From sequence record KU686213.1: a stretch of 64,000 nt of DNA. The stretch is one strand, 5' to 3'. The first letter of the stretch is position 1. Every line of letters begins with the position of its first letter. Below, piece by piece: positions 24,184-34,794 of this stretch. The notes under the pieces were generated by a model, which did no database searches, was not told the origin of the DNA, and saw only the letters and a program-made list of their open reading frames with translations. Position numbers and translations under genes: made by a program.

Positions 24184-27100
24184 ATGTCTCAGATCAATCT
24201 AGATACCAGCCCATACTTTGACGATTTTGATGCTGATAAGGATTATTATAAAGTCCTTTTTAAGCCAGGATTTCCTGTACAGGCACGTGAGTTAACTACT
24301 TTACAGTCAATCTTACAAAATCAAATTAGTACTTTTGGAGAGCACTTCTTCAAAGAAGGTTCTATGGTGATTCCTGGTGGAATTACATACAATCCCCAAT
24401 ATACTGCTGTTATTCTTGAAGCGCAGCAAGGTGGTATTGACGTATCCTTGTATCTAGATCAACTGGTTGGTAAATCAATTCGAGGTGAAGTAACAGGAGT
24501 TCGTGCTAAAGTTATTGGATATGCTCTTCCCCCACAAGATGCTATAACAAATCCAACTATCTTTGTTACGTATACTGATAGTGGAAATGATGATACTACC
24601 GTATTTTTCACAACAAATGAGTCATTGCTATTAGATCAAGCAATTGTATATGGAAATACTACAATTACTGCAAATAGTATTTTTGCAACTACTGTTTCTA
24701 CAGATGCTACTGCGGTTGGTTCCGCTGCAGAGATTGCTGAGGGTGTATATTTCTTAAGAGGTACGTTTGTACAGGTTTCTAAATCATCTATTGTACTTGA
24801 GCCATATGTAAATACTCCATCATATAGAGTTGGTCTTCAGATTACCGAGCAGATTGTTACTGCGGGTCAAGATAATACTTTATATGATAACGCTAAAGGA
24901 TTTAATAATTTCTCAGCACCTGGTGCAGATAGATTAAAAATTACTCTCAAGTTAATTAAAAAACCTTTAAATGATTATAATGACTCAAACTTTGTTGAGT
25001 TATTGAGAGTTGATTTTGGTGAGGTTAAAAAGCTAGAAGAAAATAGTAACTATAATATTATTAAGGAGTATATTGCTGGTAGAACTTTTGATGAATCTGG
25101 TGATTATGTAATTAATGGCTTCCAACTAACTGCCGATGACTCATTAAATGATAATATGGGTAATGGCGGTATCTATAATGCCGAGCAGACTACTGAAGGA
25201 GGTAGCAAGCCCTCAGAAGATTTGGCTATTCTAAAAGTGTCTTCTGGTAAGGCATATGTTCGTGGTTTCGACATTAAGAACCCAGGAACTGTTAATATTG
25301 ATGCACCCAAAGCACGTACAACTGAAACCCAAACAAGTACTGGCGTTCCATTTGAAATGGGCAGTAAGTATTTTGTAAATAATGTTACTAGCACACCTGT
25401 AGTTGGATTAGATATTGCTGATAATATCATTCAACTTTATAGTGGTCGTCTAGATGACTCTAAAGAGCCTACAGGGGACTTAATTGGTGAGGCGCGTGTA
25501 TATAGCTATTCTTTGGAAGATGCGCCTTATACTTCTCCTGCTACCCCTTGGAACCTGTATCTATATGATTTCCAAATATTTACTAAAATTAACTTAAACC
25601 GAGATGTTACCAGTCTGCTGTTAGCAGGATATAGAGTTCGTGGTCTAAGTTCAGGTGCAACTGGATTTGTTAGGACAGTTTCTAGTGATAGTGCAACTCT
25701 AACTGAAGTTAGTGGTGAGTTTATTATTGGTGAAAGAATTTCTATTAACGGCTCTAGTATCGAATCTATTTCGATTGCATCATTAACAATCAATAAGCAA
25801 AATCAAGTAAAGTCTGTAAAGCAAAACACAAGTTCATTAGACCCAAATATTGCAGTAGATTTTAGTGCGGATACTAGATTATATGCAAGAGTTGCTAGAA
25901 ATTTTGCACCTAGCGATACATTTAGTATTGATACTTCAGGTTTCGTTACTTGTGCCGGAAGATCATTCGACTCATTTAAGGTTGGTGATATTGTTGTTTG
26001 GCAAGATTCTACCAATGCCACATTAGTTTACAATGAAGTATTGTTTCTACTCCCCAATGATTTGGGTATGAATGTTGGACCTGTTTCTAATGTTGCTGGT
26101 GTTGCAGCTGGCACTTTACCAACTAGTGATTTGACTGGTGTGAATTTACGTGCAACTGAATCACGTGTTCTTAATACTGAAAATTCAGCTCTATACGTAG
26201 AGATGGAGAAGGAAAATATTGCTAAGGTAAATCTAGATTCTTCACAACTATACTTTACTACACAGATTACTCAACAGGCTACTGTTGGATCTACACTCAC
26301 TCTTAATAGAACATTGACGGGTGTAAATGATGCATTATTTACATCATTTGATCAGGAAAGATATTCAATAGTATATAACGATGGCACAACCGAGACTATT
26401 GGATCTGAGCAAGTCTCTTTATCGGCAGATAGTACTGTTATTACATTCACTGGATTATCTAAGATAAATGAGATTGGAATTACTGTAAATGTAACAGCAA
26501 TCAAACCTTCTATTAAATCAAAAACAAAGGTTTTACTTAAGAGCCAATTACTACTAGTTGATAAAATTAGTCCCAATCTACCAGCTGATTTTGGATTAAC
26601 TTCTAATGAATTCTATGGATTGCGAGTTGATGATGAGGAAATCTCATTAAACGTTGCTGATGTTGAGTCTATCAGTGCTGTATATGAATCACTTGATGGT
26701 GGTGATCCCGTTTTAGATGTATTAGGTTTTGTTAATGGTCTATCATTAGATGCAAATACTGTTAAAGGTGAATTGATCTTGGGTTCTGTAAGCGGAACCG
26801 TTGCTAAGATGGTAGATACTACCTCACCCTCAAATGTTAGGATTGTATATTTCGGTCAATCCCGTTTTGAGGTTGGGGAGGAAGTTATTTTCTCTGAGTC
26901 AAACATAAAGACAAATTTGCAGGTAGTGCAGCCAGGTAATTATAATGATATTACCTCAAAATATACATTAGATAAGGGTCAAAGAGAGCAGTTCTACGAC
27001 TTCTCCAGATTGATTAGAAATGGAAATGCAGCAGCTCCAAATAAAAAGCTATTGATTGTATTCGATCAGTTTGGAGTACCTGCTGATGATAATGGTGATT

Positions 27101-30100
27101 TCTATACAGCAAACTCATATGTAGAGGAAATCTTTGCTACTGGTGTGCCTATGTTGAGGGGCGGTAGATTGCGTGCTTCTGATACATTGGATTTCCGTCC
27201 TCGTGTTGCTCCATTCACTGCTACAGACGCATCACCATTTGATTATACATCTAGAGATTTTGCTACTTCTGGGTCTACTGTAGTTCTAGTAACTGCTCCA
27301 GATGAAAGTATGGTTCTTGGATATGACTATTTTGTTGGTAGAAAGGACCGTGTAGTTCTAAACACATTGGGTGAATTGAAGTTGGTTATGGGTGCCCCCG
27401 CATTCTTACCCCAACTACCAGAGAGTGCTGAAGCTGCTTTAGAAATAGCTCGCGTTACATACCCACCATATGTCTATGATGTTGATGATATTACAATCAT
27501 CACACTAGATAATCGTAGATATACGATGCGCGATATTGGTGAATTGGAAGATCGTATTGAGACACTAGAGGAGGTTACTTCACTATCATTACTTGAAAGA
27601 GAAACACAGTCATTACAAGTTCTTGATGCTGATGGTAATGATAGATTTAAGAGTGGTTTCTTTGCGGATGACTTTAGGAATACTGACTTTATCGATTTTG
27701 ATAATCCAGAGGCTAGAGTTGTTGTAGGACCTACAGGCACTCTTGAAGTTGGAACACAGTTTGCATCAATCCCAATGCAGCTGCAACCTGAAAGTGGTAT
27801 TGATATTAATACACTTTCACTAGATCAAGATTTCCCTCTAATTGATTCAAATGTTAGAAAGACTGGTGACCTAGTTACTCTAAATTACAATCAAATTGAA
27901 TGGTTGAATCAGCCACTAGCATCACGTGTTGAAAATGTAAACCCATTCAACGTTATTCTATATGATGGTGGGATGACTCTAAATCCCGCTAGTGATGATT
28001 TTATTGTAACTAGATCTATCGGTAACCGCCAAGTCAATGTATTTGGTGAGTCTGATGAGGACTTCAGTAGAACTTTTGTTGAGGGTATTGAGGTTGCTCA
28101 ATTTATGAGGGAGCGCAATGTTGCCTTCAATGCGAGGGAGATCAAACCATTAACCAGATTCTATCCATTCTTTGAAGGTTCTGGTGGTATTGACTTTGTG
28201 CCCAAGCTCATTGAAATTACAATGCAGAATGGTACTTTCCAAGTAGGAGAGGCAGTAATTATTAGTGTAAACAATCAGACAATCTTCAGTGCTCGTGTAG
28301 CTGTACAGAATCACAAAACTGGTCCATTTAATAGTCCAACTACTAGATTTACTACAAATCCATATAATAGGGATGAATTAATTTCTGATGGGTACTCATC
28401 ATCATCAACAGTATTGAATGTTGATATTCAATCACTTTCAAATCTATCTGATGAAAGATACTTTGGTTTGATTGGTCCTGGTTTGAGATTGGTAGGAGAT
28501 CAAAGTGGTGCTATTGCAGTAATCACTGATCAAAGATTGGTTAGTGATGTGTCCGGTGATTTATTTGGATCGATATACTTTAGAGACCCATACACAGATC
28601 CAGCTCCGAACTTTAGGTTAAGAACTGGTATAAGGACATTTAGATTATCATCTAGCCCTACTAATGAGCTGCCACAGTTGGGTGAAACTATCATTTCATT
28701 TGCAGAGGCATCATTTACTTCAGGTGGTACTATCCAGAATAGGAGAACCGAATCAGTAAATATTCGCGAGCTTCCACCACCACCTCCACCTATTATTATT
28801 GACCGTACAGTTACTAATAACTTTACTACGGTTATTGATAGGACAGTTACTGTTAGACCACAGACAAATATCACTCAGATCACCAATATAACTCAGAGAA
28901 TCCGAAGAAGACGTAGGGACCCTCTAGCCCAAACATTTTTTGTTGATGGTACAGGTGCTTTCTTAACTGGTCTAGACATTTATATGAAGACCAAATCTGA
29001 AGTAGACAATCTAACAATTCAGATTAGGCGGACTGAGTTGGAAATTCCTCTAAGCTCACCTATACAAGATTTTGCGGAGGTTATTCTTACCCCCAATGAG
29101 GTTATAGTATCTGATGATGCTACATTACCGACTCCTATTACATTCCCATCTCCTATTTACTTGGAGCCAAATGTAACATATGCAGTTGTTCTTCTAGCAC
29201 CAACTACCGATGACTATACTGCTTGGATCGCTAGGATGGGTGAGAATAACATTACCACACCTGAGGGTGCTGCTAGTGGTGCTGCTGTTATTTCTCAGCA
29301 GTATTTGGGTGGTTCATTGTTCAAGTCTCAGAATGGTTCTCTTTGGACACCATCACAGTTTGAAGATTTGAAGTTTACTTTATATAAGGCACAGTTTGTT
29401 GATACTGGTACAGTATTCCTAAACAACCCATCAATATTTGAAACAACTGATCTTGATAGGAACCCAATTCAAACTCTACCAAGAAAACTAACAGTATTTG
29501 TAGAACCAACTACATATGCATTTGAAACTGGCGAAAAGTTAGCTTCTACTGCATCAGGAGTTAATAATATTGCTCGTGTTGTTGGTGAAGTTGAATTTGT
29601 TGGTGCTGGAGTAACATTATCATCTGTAACTGAAGGTGGTATTGGATACTTGGATGGATCATATAGTTCAGTTGAGCTAACACCAATCAATACTAATGGA
29701 ATCAACGTATTAGCTGATGTTACTATTACTGGTGGGCAAGTTGGTATAGTATCAATTACATCTTCAGGTAGTGGATATCGGGTTGGAGATACACTGGGAA
29801 TCACAACTTCCCTAGTTGGAGGTTCCGGTGGGGATGCAGTAGTCACTGTTGATAGTGTCGGAGATACCGATACTGTATTTTTAACTAATGTTATTGGTGA
29901 AAAAATCAACATCACAGACTCACTCAACTCATATGATGAAGTTGGTAATGTACTAACTGCTATTGGTACTACTATTAGTGCAGAAAGTGAAGTTACAGAT
30001 CCTATGAATACTGGATCAGTATTTGTACTAGATCTAGCAGCACATGGTATGATGGCTGATAACAATATCGTTAGAATCAATGGATGTTTGCCTGATACAT

Positions 30101-31371
30101 TGGGTACTGACCTAGTTGAAGGTATTGATATTTCATCTAACCAAATTACAGTCGTTAGTCCAGAACTATTCTCAACCTTTGAAGGTATTTCCAGTAGTAT
30201 TGGTTATCTATTGGTTGGTGGTGAGATTATGGAATATACGGACAATGGTGATGGCACATTGGGAATTACTTCTCGTGGTGTTGATTCAACATTGATTAAT
30301 ATTCATGATCAAGGCTCTAGGGTATTCAAATATGAGTTGAGTGGTGTTTCTCTCAGGAGAATTAACACAGAGCACCAATTACCTACTGACCAGATTCTAG
30401 GAAATACTAGAGACTTTAATACTCTTCCATTGGAAATTGATCGTGGAGTTAGATCTATTGATGTTGGAATTACTCCATATACACCACAACTAAGTTTCAA
30501 CCAAGAGCAACAATCTGGTGGAAATTCTGTTAGATCATCACAAAACTTCCAGTATAATGCGATATTCCCTGCATTTGGGGTACTTACTCCTGGTGCAACT
30601 ACCCAAATTGATACTTTGGTAAGAACTGTTACAGGAACTAGTGCTGGAGGTAATGAGGCATCATTTATTGATCAGGGTAGTGAGCCTATCGTATTAAATG
30701 CATTCAATGACTTTGATTCTCCTAGATTAGTTGCATCCATATACAATGAGAATGCATACTTACAAGATCTACCTAATAATAAGTCACTAACTATGGCTTT
30801 GACTTTTAGAAGCTCAGATCCAAACTTAAGTCCCGCATTGGATATCAACCAAGCAACAGTCTTTAGTGCTAGATCTGCTCTTAATAATCCAGTAAGTAAT
30901 TATGCTGATGATCCAAGAACAAACCAGTTACTTGGAGATCCACATACCTCAATCTACATCTCCCAGAAGGTTGATTTGGATAATCCAGCAACATCTCTCA
31001 AAGTAATTCTTACTGCATATAGAGATGAGACGGCTGATTTCCGAGTTTGCTATAGGTTGTTTGGTGCTGATACACAAGGAAGCACAGAGCCAAGTTGGGT
31101 GTTATTCCCTGGGTACGACAACTTATTAGATACTACTGGTAATGGTATTGGTGATAAAATCATTGACGTATCCAAGTTCAGTGGTCTTCCCAATAAGAAA
31201 GTTCGTGCTAGTCGCTTAATTGGTCCATCAGGTTTTGAGGATCTTGAGTATCTTTATGAGATCGATTCTCTACCTGAGTTCTCAGCTTTCCAGTTGAAGA
31301 TTGTATTCAGTGGAACCAATGAGGCTAGACCACCTTCACTCAACGACATCCGAGCAATCGCACTAGCTTAA
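24184..31371 (+). CDS. Large virion structural protein, VrlC/DUF4815-like (2395 aa)
   Basis: N-terminal SPYFDDFD..KDYYKVLFKPGFPVQARELT.LQS.LQNQI; APGADRLK; DPLAQTF; ends DIRAIALA. Confidence 0.85.
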   Translation: MSQINLDTSPYFDDFDADKDYYKVLFKPGFPVQARELTTLQSILQNQISTFGEHFFKEGSMVIPGGITYNPQYTAVILEAQQGGIDVSLYLDQLVGKSIRGEVTGVRAKVIGYALPPQDAITNPTIFVTYTDSGNDDTTVFFTTNESLLLDQAIVYGNTTITANSIFATTVSTDATAVGSAAEIAEGVYFLRGTFVQVSKSSIVLEPYVNTPSYRVGLQITEQIVTAGQDNTLYDNAKGFNNFSAPGADRLKITLKLIKKPLNDYNDSNFVELLRVDFGEVKKLEENSNYNIIKEYIAGRTFDESGDYVINGFQLTADDSLNDNMGNGGIYNAEQTTEGGSKPSEDLAILKVSSGKAYVRGFDIKNPGTVNIDAPKARTTETQTSTGVPFEMGSKYFVNNVTSTPVVGLDIADNIIQLYSGRLDDSKEPTGDLIGEARVYSYSLEDAPYTSPATPWNLYLYDFQIFTKINLNRDVTSLLLAGYRVRGLSSGATGFVRTVSSDSATLTEVSGEFIIGERISINGSSIESISIASLTINKQNQVKSVKQNTSSLDPNIAVDFSADTRLYARVARNFAPSDTFSIDTSGFVTCAGRSFDSFKVGDIVVWQDSTNATLVYNEVLFLLPNDLGMNVGPVSNVAGVAAGTLPTSDLTGVNLRATESRVLNTENSALYVEMEKENIAKVNLDSSQLYFTTQITQQATVGSTLTLNRTLTGVNDALFTSFDQERYSIVYNDGTTETIGSEQVSLSADSTVITFTGLSKINEIGITVNVTAIKPSIKSKTKVLLKSQLLLVDKISPNLPADFGLTSNEFYGLRVDDEEISLNVADVESISAVYESLDGGDPVLDVLGFVNGLSLDANTVKGELILGSVSGTVAKMVDTTSPSNVRIVYFGQSRFEVGEEVIFSESNIKTNLQVVQPGNYNDITSKYTLDKGQREQFYDFSRLIRNGNAAAPNKKLLIVFDQFGVPADDNGDFYTANSYVEEIFATGVPMLRGGRLRASDTLDFRPRVAPFTATDASPFDYTSRDFATSGSTVVLVTAPDESMVLGYDYFVGRKDRVVLNTLGELKLVMGAPAFLPQLPESAEAALEIARVTYPPYVYDVDDITIITLDNRRYTMRDIGELEDRIETLEEVTSLSLLERETQSLQVLDADGNDRFKSGFFADDFRNTDFIDFDNPEARVVVGPTGTLEVGTQFASIPMQLQPESGIDINTLSLDQDFPLIDSNVRKTGDLVTLNYNQIEWLNQPLASRVENVNPFNVILYDGGMTLNPASDDFIVTRSIGNRQVNVFGESDEDFSRTFVEGIEVAQFMRERNVAFNAREIKPLTRFYPFFEGSGGIDFVPKLIEITMQNGTFQVGEAVIISVNNQTIFSARVAVQNHKTGPFNSPTTRFTTNPYNRDELISDGYSSSSTVLNVDIQSLSNLSDERYFGLIGPGLRLVGDQSGAIAVITDQRLVSDVSGDLFGSIYFRDPYTDPAPNFRLRTGIRTFRLSSSPTNELPQLGETIISFAEASFTSGGTIQNRRTESVNIRELPPPPPPIIIDRTVTNNFTTVIDRTVTVRPQTNITQITNITQRIRRRRRDPLAQTFFVDGTGAFLTGLDIYMKTKSEVDNLTIQIRRTELEIPLSSPIQDFAEVILTPNEVIVSDDATLPTPITFPSPIYLEPNVTYAVVLLAPTTDDYTAWIARMGENNITTPEGAASGAAVISQQYLGGSLFKSQNGSLWTPSQFEDLKFTLYKAQFVDTGTVFLNNPSIFETTDLDRNPIQTLPRKLTVFVEPTTYAFETGEKLASTASGVNNIARVVGEVEFVGAGVTLSSVTEGGIGYLDGSYSSVELTPINTNGINVLADVTITGGQVGIVSITSSGSGYRVGDTLGITTSLVGGSGGDAVVTVDSVGDTDTVFLTNVIGEKINITDSLNSYDEVGNVLTAIGTTISAESEVTDPMNTGSVFVLDLAAHGMMADNNIVRINGCLPDTLGTDLVEGIDISSNQITVVSPELFSTFEGISSSIGYLLVGGEIMEYTDNGDGTLGITSRGVDSTLINIHDQGSRVFKYELSGVSLRRINTEHQLPTDQILGNTRDFNTLPLEIDRGVRSIDVGITPYTPQLSFNQEQQSGGNSVRSSQNFQYNAIFPAFGVLTPGATTQIDTLVRTVTGTSAGGNEASFIDQGSEPIVLNAFNDFDSPRLVASIYNENAYLQDLPNNKSLTMALTFRSSDPNLSPALDINQATVFSARSALNNPVSNYADDPRTNQLLGDPHTSIYISQKVDLDNPATSLKVILTAYRDETADFRVCYRLFGADTQGSTEPSWVLFPGYDNLLDTTGNGIGDKIIDVSKFSGLPNKKVRASRLIGPSGFEDLEYLYEIDSLPEFSAFQLKIVFSGTNEARPPSLNDIRAIALA

Positions 31372-31595
31372 TGGAAGATAAAAGAATAAAAGTAGAGGGA
31401 CATAACACCCTCTACAGGACTAGTAAAGGTTCTATTGTAAATTCGGACAAAGATGCCTATGAGGCATATATGACGAAAAGGGCACTTTCTAAATCAAAAA
31501 ACGAAACATTAAAATGTTTAAGTAATGAGTTGGAAAATGCTAAGGCTGAGATTGAAGAGCTTAAATGTTTGATAAAACAAATTATTCATAAATAG
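31371..31595 (+). CDS. Small hypothetical protein with C-terminal coiled coil, 74 aa
   Basis: KVEGH..LYR...G.IVN motif; usual position after VrlC. Confidence 0.75.
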   Translation: MEDKRIKVEGHNTLYRTSKGSIVNSDKDAYEAYMTKRALSKSKNETLKCLSNELENAKAEIEELKCLIKQIIHK

Positions 31596-31622
31596 AAATA
31601 GTATAGAATTAACTTAACTTCC

Positions 31623-32156
31623 ATGGCTAGTGCCTACGTATCAAACATTACTATTGATCAAGGTACTGACTTTTCGGCTAGCTTTAAGTTGGACGACGCT
31701 GGAACTGCTATTCCAATTAACTTAACCCAATTTAGAGGTGTAAGTCAGTTGAGAAAGCATTCTGGTGCTAAATTTGGAGTGGGATTCGATGTCTCCATTC
31801 TAAATCCAAAGTCAGGTGAAATTATCATTAGACTCACCGCCGCCCAAACATCTGTCCTCAGGGAGGGTAGATATGTATATGATGTCATATTGATTAATAA
31901 TACAGACGGTAAAATTTATCGAGCTGTTGAGGGCATGGCTCTAGTAAATCCAGGAGTAACAGACATGCATTCAGGAATTATTCCACCATCAACTCCACCA
32001 GTTGCTGTTGGTCCAAATCCCCCAGAAAATCCAATCGAAGGAAATCTCTGGTGGAATACTCACGAAGGTCGTATGTACATCTACTACACCGATCAAGATA
32101 GCTCACAGTGGGTACAAACTAACCCATCTAGTAAAGATAACGAGAGGTCTTTCTGA
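31623..32156 (+). CDS. Virion structural protein (BppU-like N-terminus, fibre-type C-terminal motif)
   Basis: NITIDQGTDFSA.F; GRYVYDV; P.P..P..G.LWWN...GRMYIYY.D.DS.QWV; late promoter at 31587. Confidence 0.65.
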   Translation: MASAYVSNITIDQGTDFSASFKLDDAGTAIPINLTQFRGVSQLRKHSGAKFGVGFDVSILNPKSGEIIIRLTAAQTSVLREGRYVYDVILINNTDGKIYRAVEGMALVNPGVTDMHSGIIPPSTPPVAVGPNPPENPIEGNLWWNTHEGRMYIYYTDQDSSQWVQTNPSSKDNERSF

Positions 32157-32413
32157 TGGCAAATCTACTCGACCAAATTGGGCAAAGAAATGTTGTCCGT
32201 GTTCTTTCTAATGGAGTTCCATCTTCACTAGAGGGTCTAACTGATACCGACTTTAATGGTATCCAAGACGGATCTGTTCCTGTGTGGAATGGTGAAGTTT
32301 TTAGTCAGAAAGTTGAATCATGCCAGCTAAGTACATCATCTTGTATCCTTACTGTTGATCCTGTAACTAAAAATACAGCATTTACAGACACTCTAGATGG
32401 AGGTTTCTTCTGA
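32156..32413 (+). CDS. Hypothetical structural protein, 85 aa
   Basis: ORF coupled to neighbours; ends LDGGFF. Confidence 0.6.
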   Translation: MANLLDQIGQRNVVRVLSNGVPSSLEGLTDTDFNGIQDGSVPVWNGEVFSQKVESCQLSTSSCILTVDPVTKNTAFTDTLDGGFF

Positions 32414-33297
32414 TGGCTAAGCCAAGTACAAGGCAAGAGCTTGTAGAATACGCTCTAAGGCGTCTAGGTGCCCCTGTATTGGAGATTAACGTTGCTGATG
32501 AGCAACTCGATGATATCCTTGATGATACCATCCAGCACTTCCAGGAAAGGCACTACGATGGGGTTATTCGTACTTATCTAAAGTATGAATTTACCGAAGA
32601 AGACATTATGAGGGGTACTGATTACAACCCATTCTTCCAGGCAGGTATTAGTACTGCTTCCCAGACTTATCCAGGAGCCACTGGTGCTACTGTAGATAAG
32701 TTTGTAGAAAACTCAAACTATATCCAAATACCAGACCATATTATTGGTATTGAGAAAGTATTCACTCCCCCTAGTGCAACTGGTGGCGGTAGTGGATACT
32801 ATCCTGGTGGTGGTATCTTGGGTCCAGGAGCATCCTATTATGGGATGAATGGATATGGATACCTCGGTGGTATGGGTGGATTTGGTAATGGGGGAATGGT
32901 TACCCTTTATATGGCTGAAATGTGGAGATCTACTTATGATTTCCTAGCCAACCCACCATCAATCATTCGCTTCAACAAACGCCAAAATCGTCTGTACCTA
33001 GATATTAACTGGAACAGACTTTCAGCGGGTAGTGTGATTATTGTTGATTGTTACAGAGCACTAGATCCAGAGCATTTCTGTGAGATCTACAACGATAGTT
33101 GGGTCAAAAAGTATCTAGTTTCTGCTATCAAGAAGCAGTGGGGTCAGAACCTAATCAAATTCACTGGTACCAAACTACCTGGTGGAGTTGAGATGAATGG
33201 AAGACAGTTATATGATGATGGCGTTAGAGAGCTTGAAGAAATCAAGCGAGATATGTCTAGCGCATATGAACTACCACCCCTAGATTTCGTCGGTTAA
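32413..33297 (+). CDS. g13: Neck protein gp13
   Basis: MAKPSTRQEL.EY.LRRLGAPVLEINVADEQ; QWGQNLIKF.G.KLPGG.E.NG; YELPPLDF. Confidence 0.93.
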   Translation: MAKPSTRQELVEYALRRLGAPVLEINVADEQLDDILDDTIQHFQERHYDGVIRTYLKYEFTEEDIMRGTDYNPFFQAGISTASQTYPGATGATVDKFVENSNYIQIPDHIIGIEKVFTPPSATGGGSGYYPGGGILGPGASYYGMNGYGYLGGMGGFGNGGMVTLYMAEMWRSTYDFLANPPSIIRFNKRQNRLYLDINWNRLSAGSVIIVDCYRALDPEHFCEIYNDSWVKKYLVSAIKKQWGQNLIKFTGTKLPGGVEMNGRQLYDDGVRELEEIKRDMSSAYELPPLDFVG

Positions 33298-33302
33298 TTA
33301 CA

Positions 33303-34766
33303 ATGGTCGTCAATCCTTTCTTTTTACACGGCTCTACTCAAGAGCAAAACCTACAACAGGATCTCATTAATGAGCAGATCCGAATGTATGGTATGGATGT
33401 ATATTACATTCCTCGTAATTTTGTTAGGGAGGCGACCATTATGAGGGAGGTAACTTCCTCTGCCTTCAGATCTTACTTTATTATTGAGGCTTACCTCAAC
33501 AACTTTGATGGCTACGGCGGTCAGGGTGATATTATGTCTAAATTTGGTATCCAAGTTAAAGACGAGATCACCTTGACCTTATCAAGAGAGCGATATGAGA
33601 ATTATATTGCTCCTTTCTTGAATTCTAGGATGCTATATCTTATGAATTCTGCTGCCGATGATGGCGCACTTCAAACAATTCAAAGACCTAGAGAAGGGGA
33701 CTTAATCTATTTCCCACTAGGCAGAAGACTTTTTGAAATCAAATATGTAGAGCACGAACAGCCATTCTATCAGCTAGGTACAGGATATACCTACGAATTG
33801 CAGTGTGAGCTATTTGAATATGAAGATGAAATCCTCAATACCTCTATTGATGAGATTGATACTACCATCATTAATAAAGGTTTCATCAATACACTAAATC
33901 TAGTACCATTAAGTAATAGAGCAGAGGTTACTGCTAATTTGGGTACTGGTTACATTAGAGAGTTGGTTATATTAAATGAAGGTAATAACTTTAGAGAAAC
34001 TCCTTCAATCTATATCACTCCACCCCCAGAAGGTGGGGTTGAGCCTAATGTTGTCGCACTATTAACTAAAGCAGACTCAAATATTATTGAGCCAGCTATT
34101 AAGCAACTAGTTACATTTAGTAGTGGTTCTGGTTATATTGAAGATCCAGAAGCAATTGCTGTAGGTGGAGGTGGTGAAGGTTCGATTATTAGGGCAACAA
34201 TCAATACAGAATCTTTAGGTATTATTGATTTTGAGGTTACTAATGCCGGTGCTGGTTATCCCGAAGATGCTGCGATTATTGTATATGATAAAGATAATAA
34301 CCCAGTAGCCGAAGGTTTAGCATTGACTGACGGGGAAAAAATTGTATCCGCAATCATTAAAAATCCTGGTGCTGATCTAAAAGATGATATTAATGTTGTA
34401 GTATCTGCCCCAGCAACTTCTGGTGAAGGTGCTTACCTTTACAATGAGATTATTGTAGGTAAAGAATCTGGTATGCAGGCACGTGTTCGTGGTTGGAATG
34501 CTATTACTTGTCAATTAGAAGTCACTAACCTTGACCCAGAGAAGAACTTTGTTAATTTCCAGCCAGGTGAGATTATTGAAGGTGAGAAGAGTGGTGCTAG
34601 GTATTCATTGAAAAACTTCAACTCAGATCAGACCCCAGCGGATGGTTTCAGTCAGAATGATGGAATCCAAGAGGAAGCTGATGTGGTTGTAGATACAAGT
34701 GAGTATAACCAGTTCTTTGATCCCAACCAAGATTACTTCTCATCTGATAATCCATTTGGCGAATAA
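33303..34766 (+). CDS. g14: Neck protein gp14
   Basis: NPFFL.GS..EQ.L.QDLINEQI.MYG.DVYY.PR; RP.EGDLIYFPLG; ends NPFGE. Confidence 0.93.
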   Translation: MVVNPFFLHGSTQEQNLQQDLINEQIRMYGMDVYYIPRNFVREATIMREVTSSAFRSYFIIEAYLNNFDGYGGQGDIMSKFGIQVKDEITLTLSRERYENYIAPFLNSRMLYLMNSAADDGALQTIQRPREGDLIYFPLGRRLFEIKYVEHEQPFYQLGTGYTYELQCELFEYEDEILNTSIDEIDTTIINKGFINTLNLVPLSNRAEVTANLGTGYIRELVILNEGNNFRETPSIYITPPPEGGVEPNVVALLTKADSNIIEPAIKQLVTFSSGSGYIEDPEAIAVGGGGEGSIIRATINTESLGIIDFEVTNAGAGYPEDAAIIVYDKDNNPVAEGLALTDGEKIVSAIIKNPGADLKDDINVVVSAPATSGEGAYLYNEIIVGKESGMQARVRGWNAITCQLEVTNLDPEKNFVNFQPGEIIEGEKSGARYSLKNFNSDQTPADGFSQNDGIQEEADVVVDTSEYNQFFDPNQDYFSSDNPFGE

Positions 34767-34794
34767 ATAAAGCATACTGATACTGTTTATTGCT

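Noticed and set aside
29469-30080. 203-aa minus-strand ORF, and the many other minus-strand or off-frame ORFs inside g6, g7, VrlC, g17, g18 and cobS
   Set aside because: Antisense shadows of long, codon-biased + strand genes; no RBS, promoter or recognisable motifs.
9625-31371. Giant ORF size or stop-codon recoding as a novelty
   Set aside because: Multi-thousand-residue gp7 and VrlC-like proteins are usual in cyanomyoviruses, and all core genes translate fully with the standard code using TAA, TAG and TGA stops.
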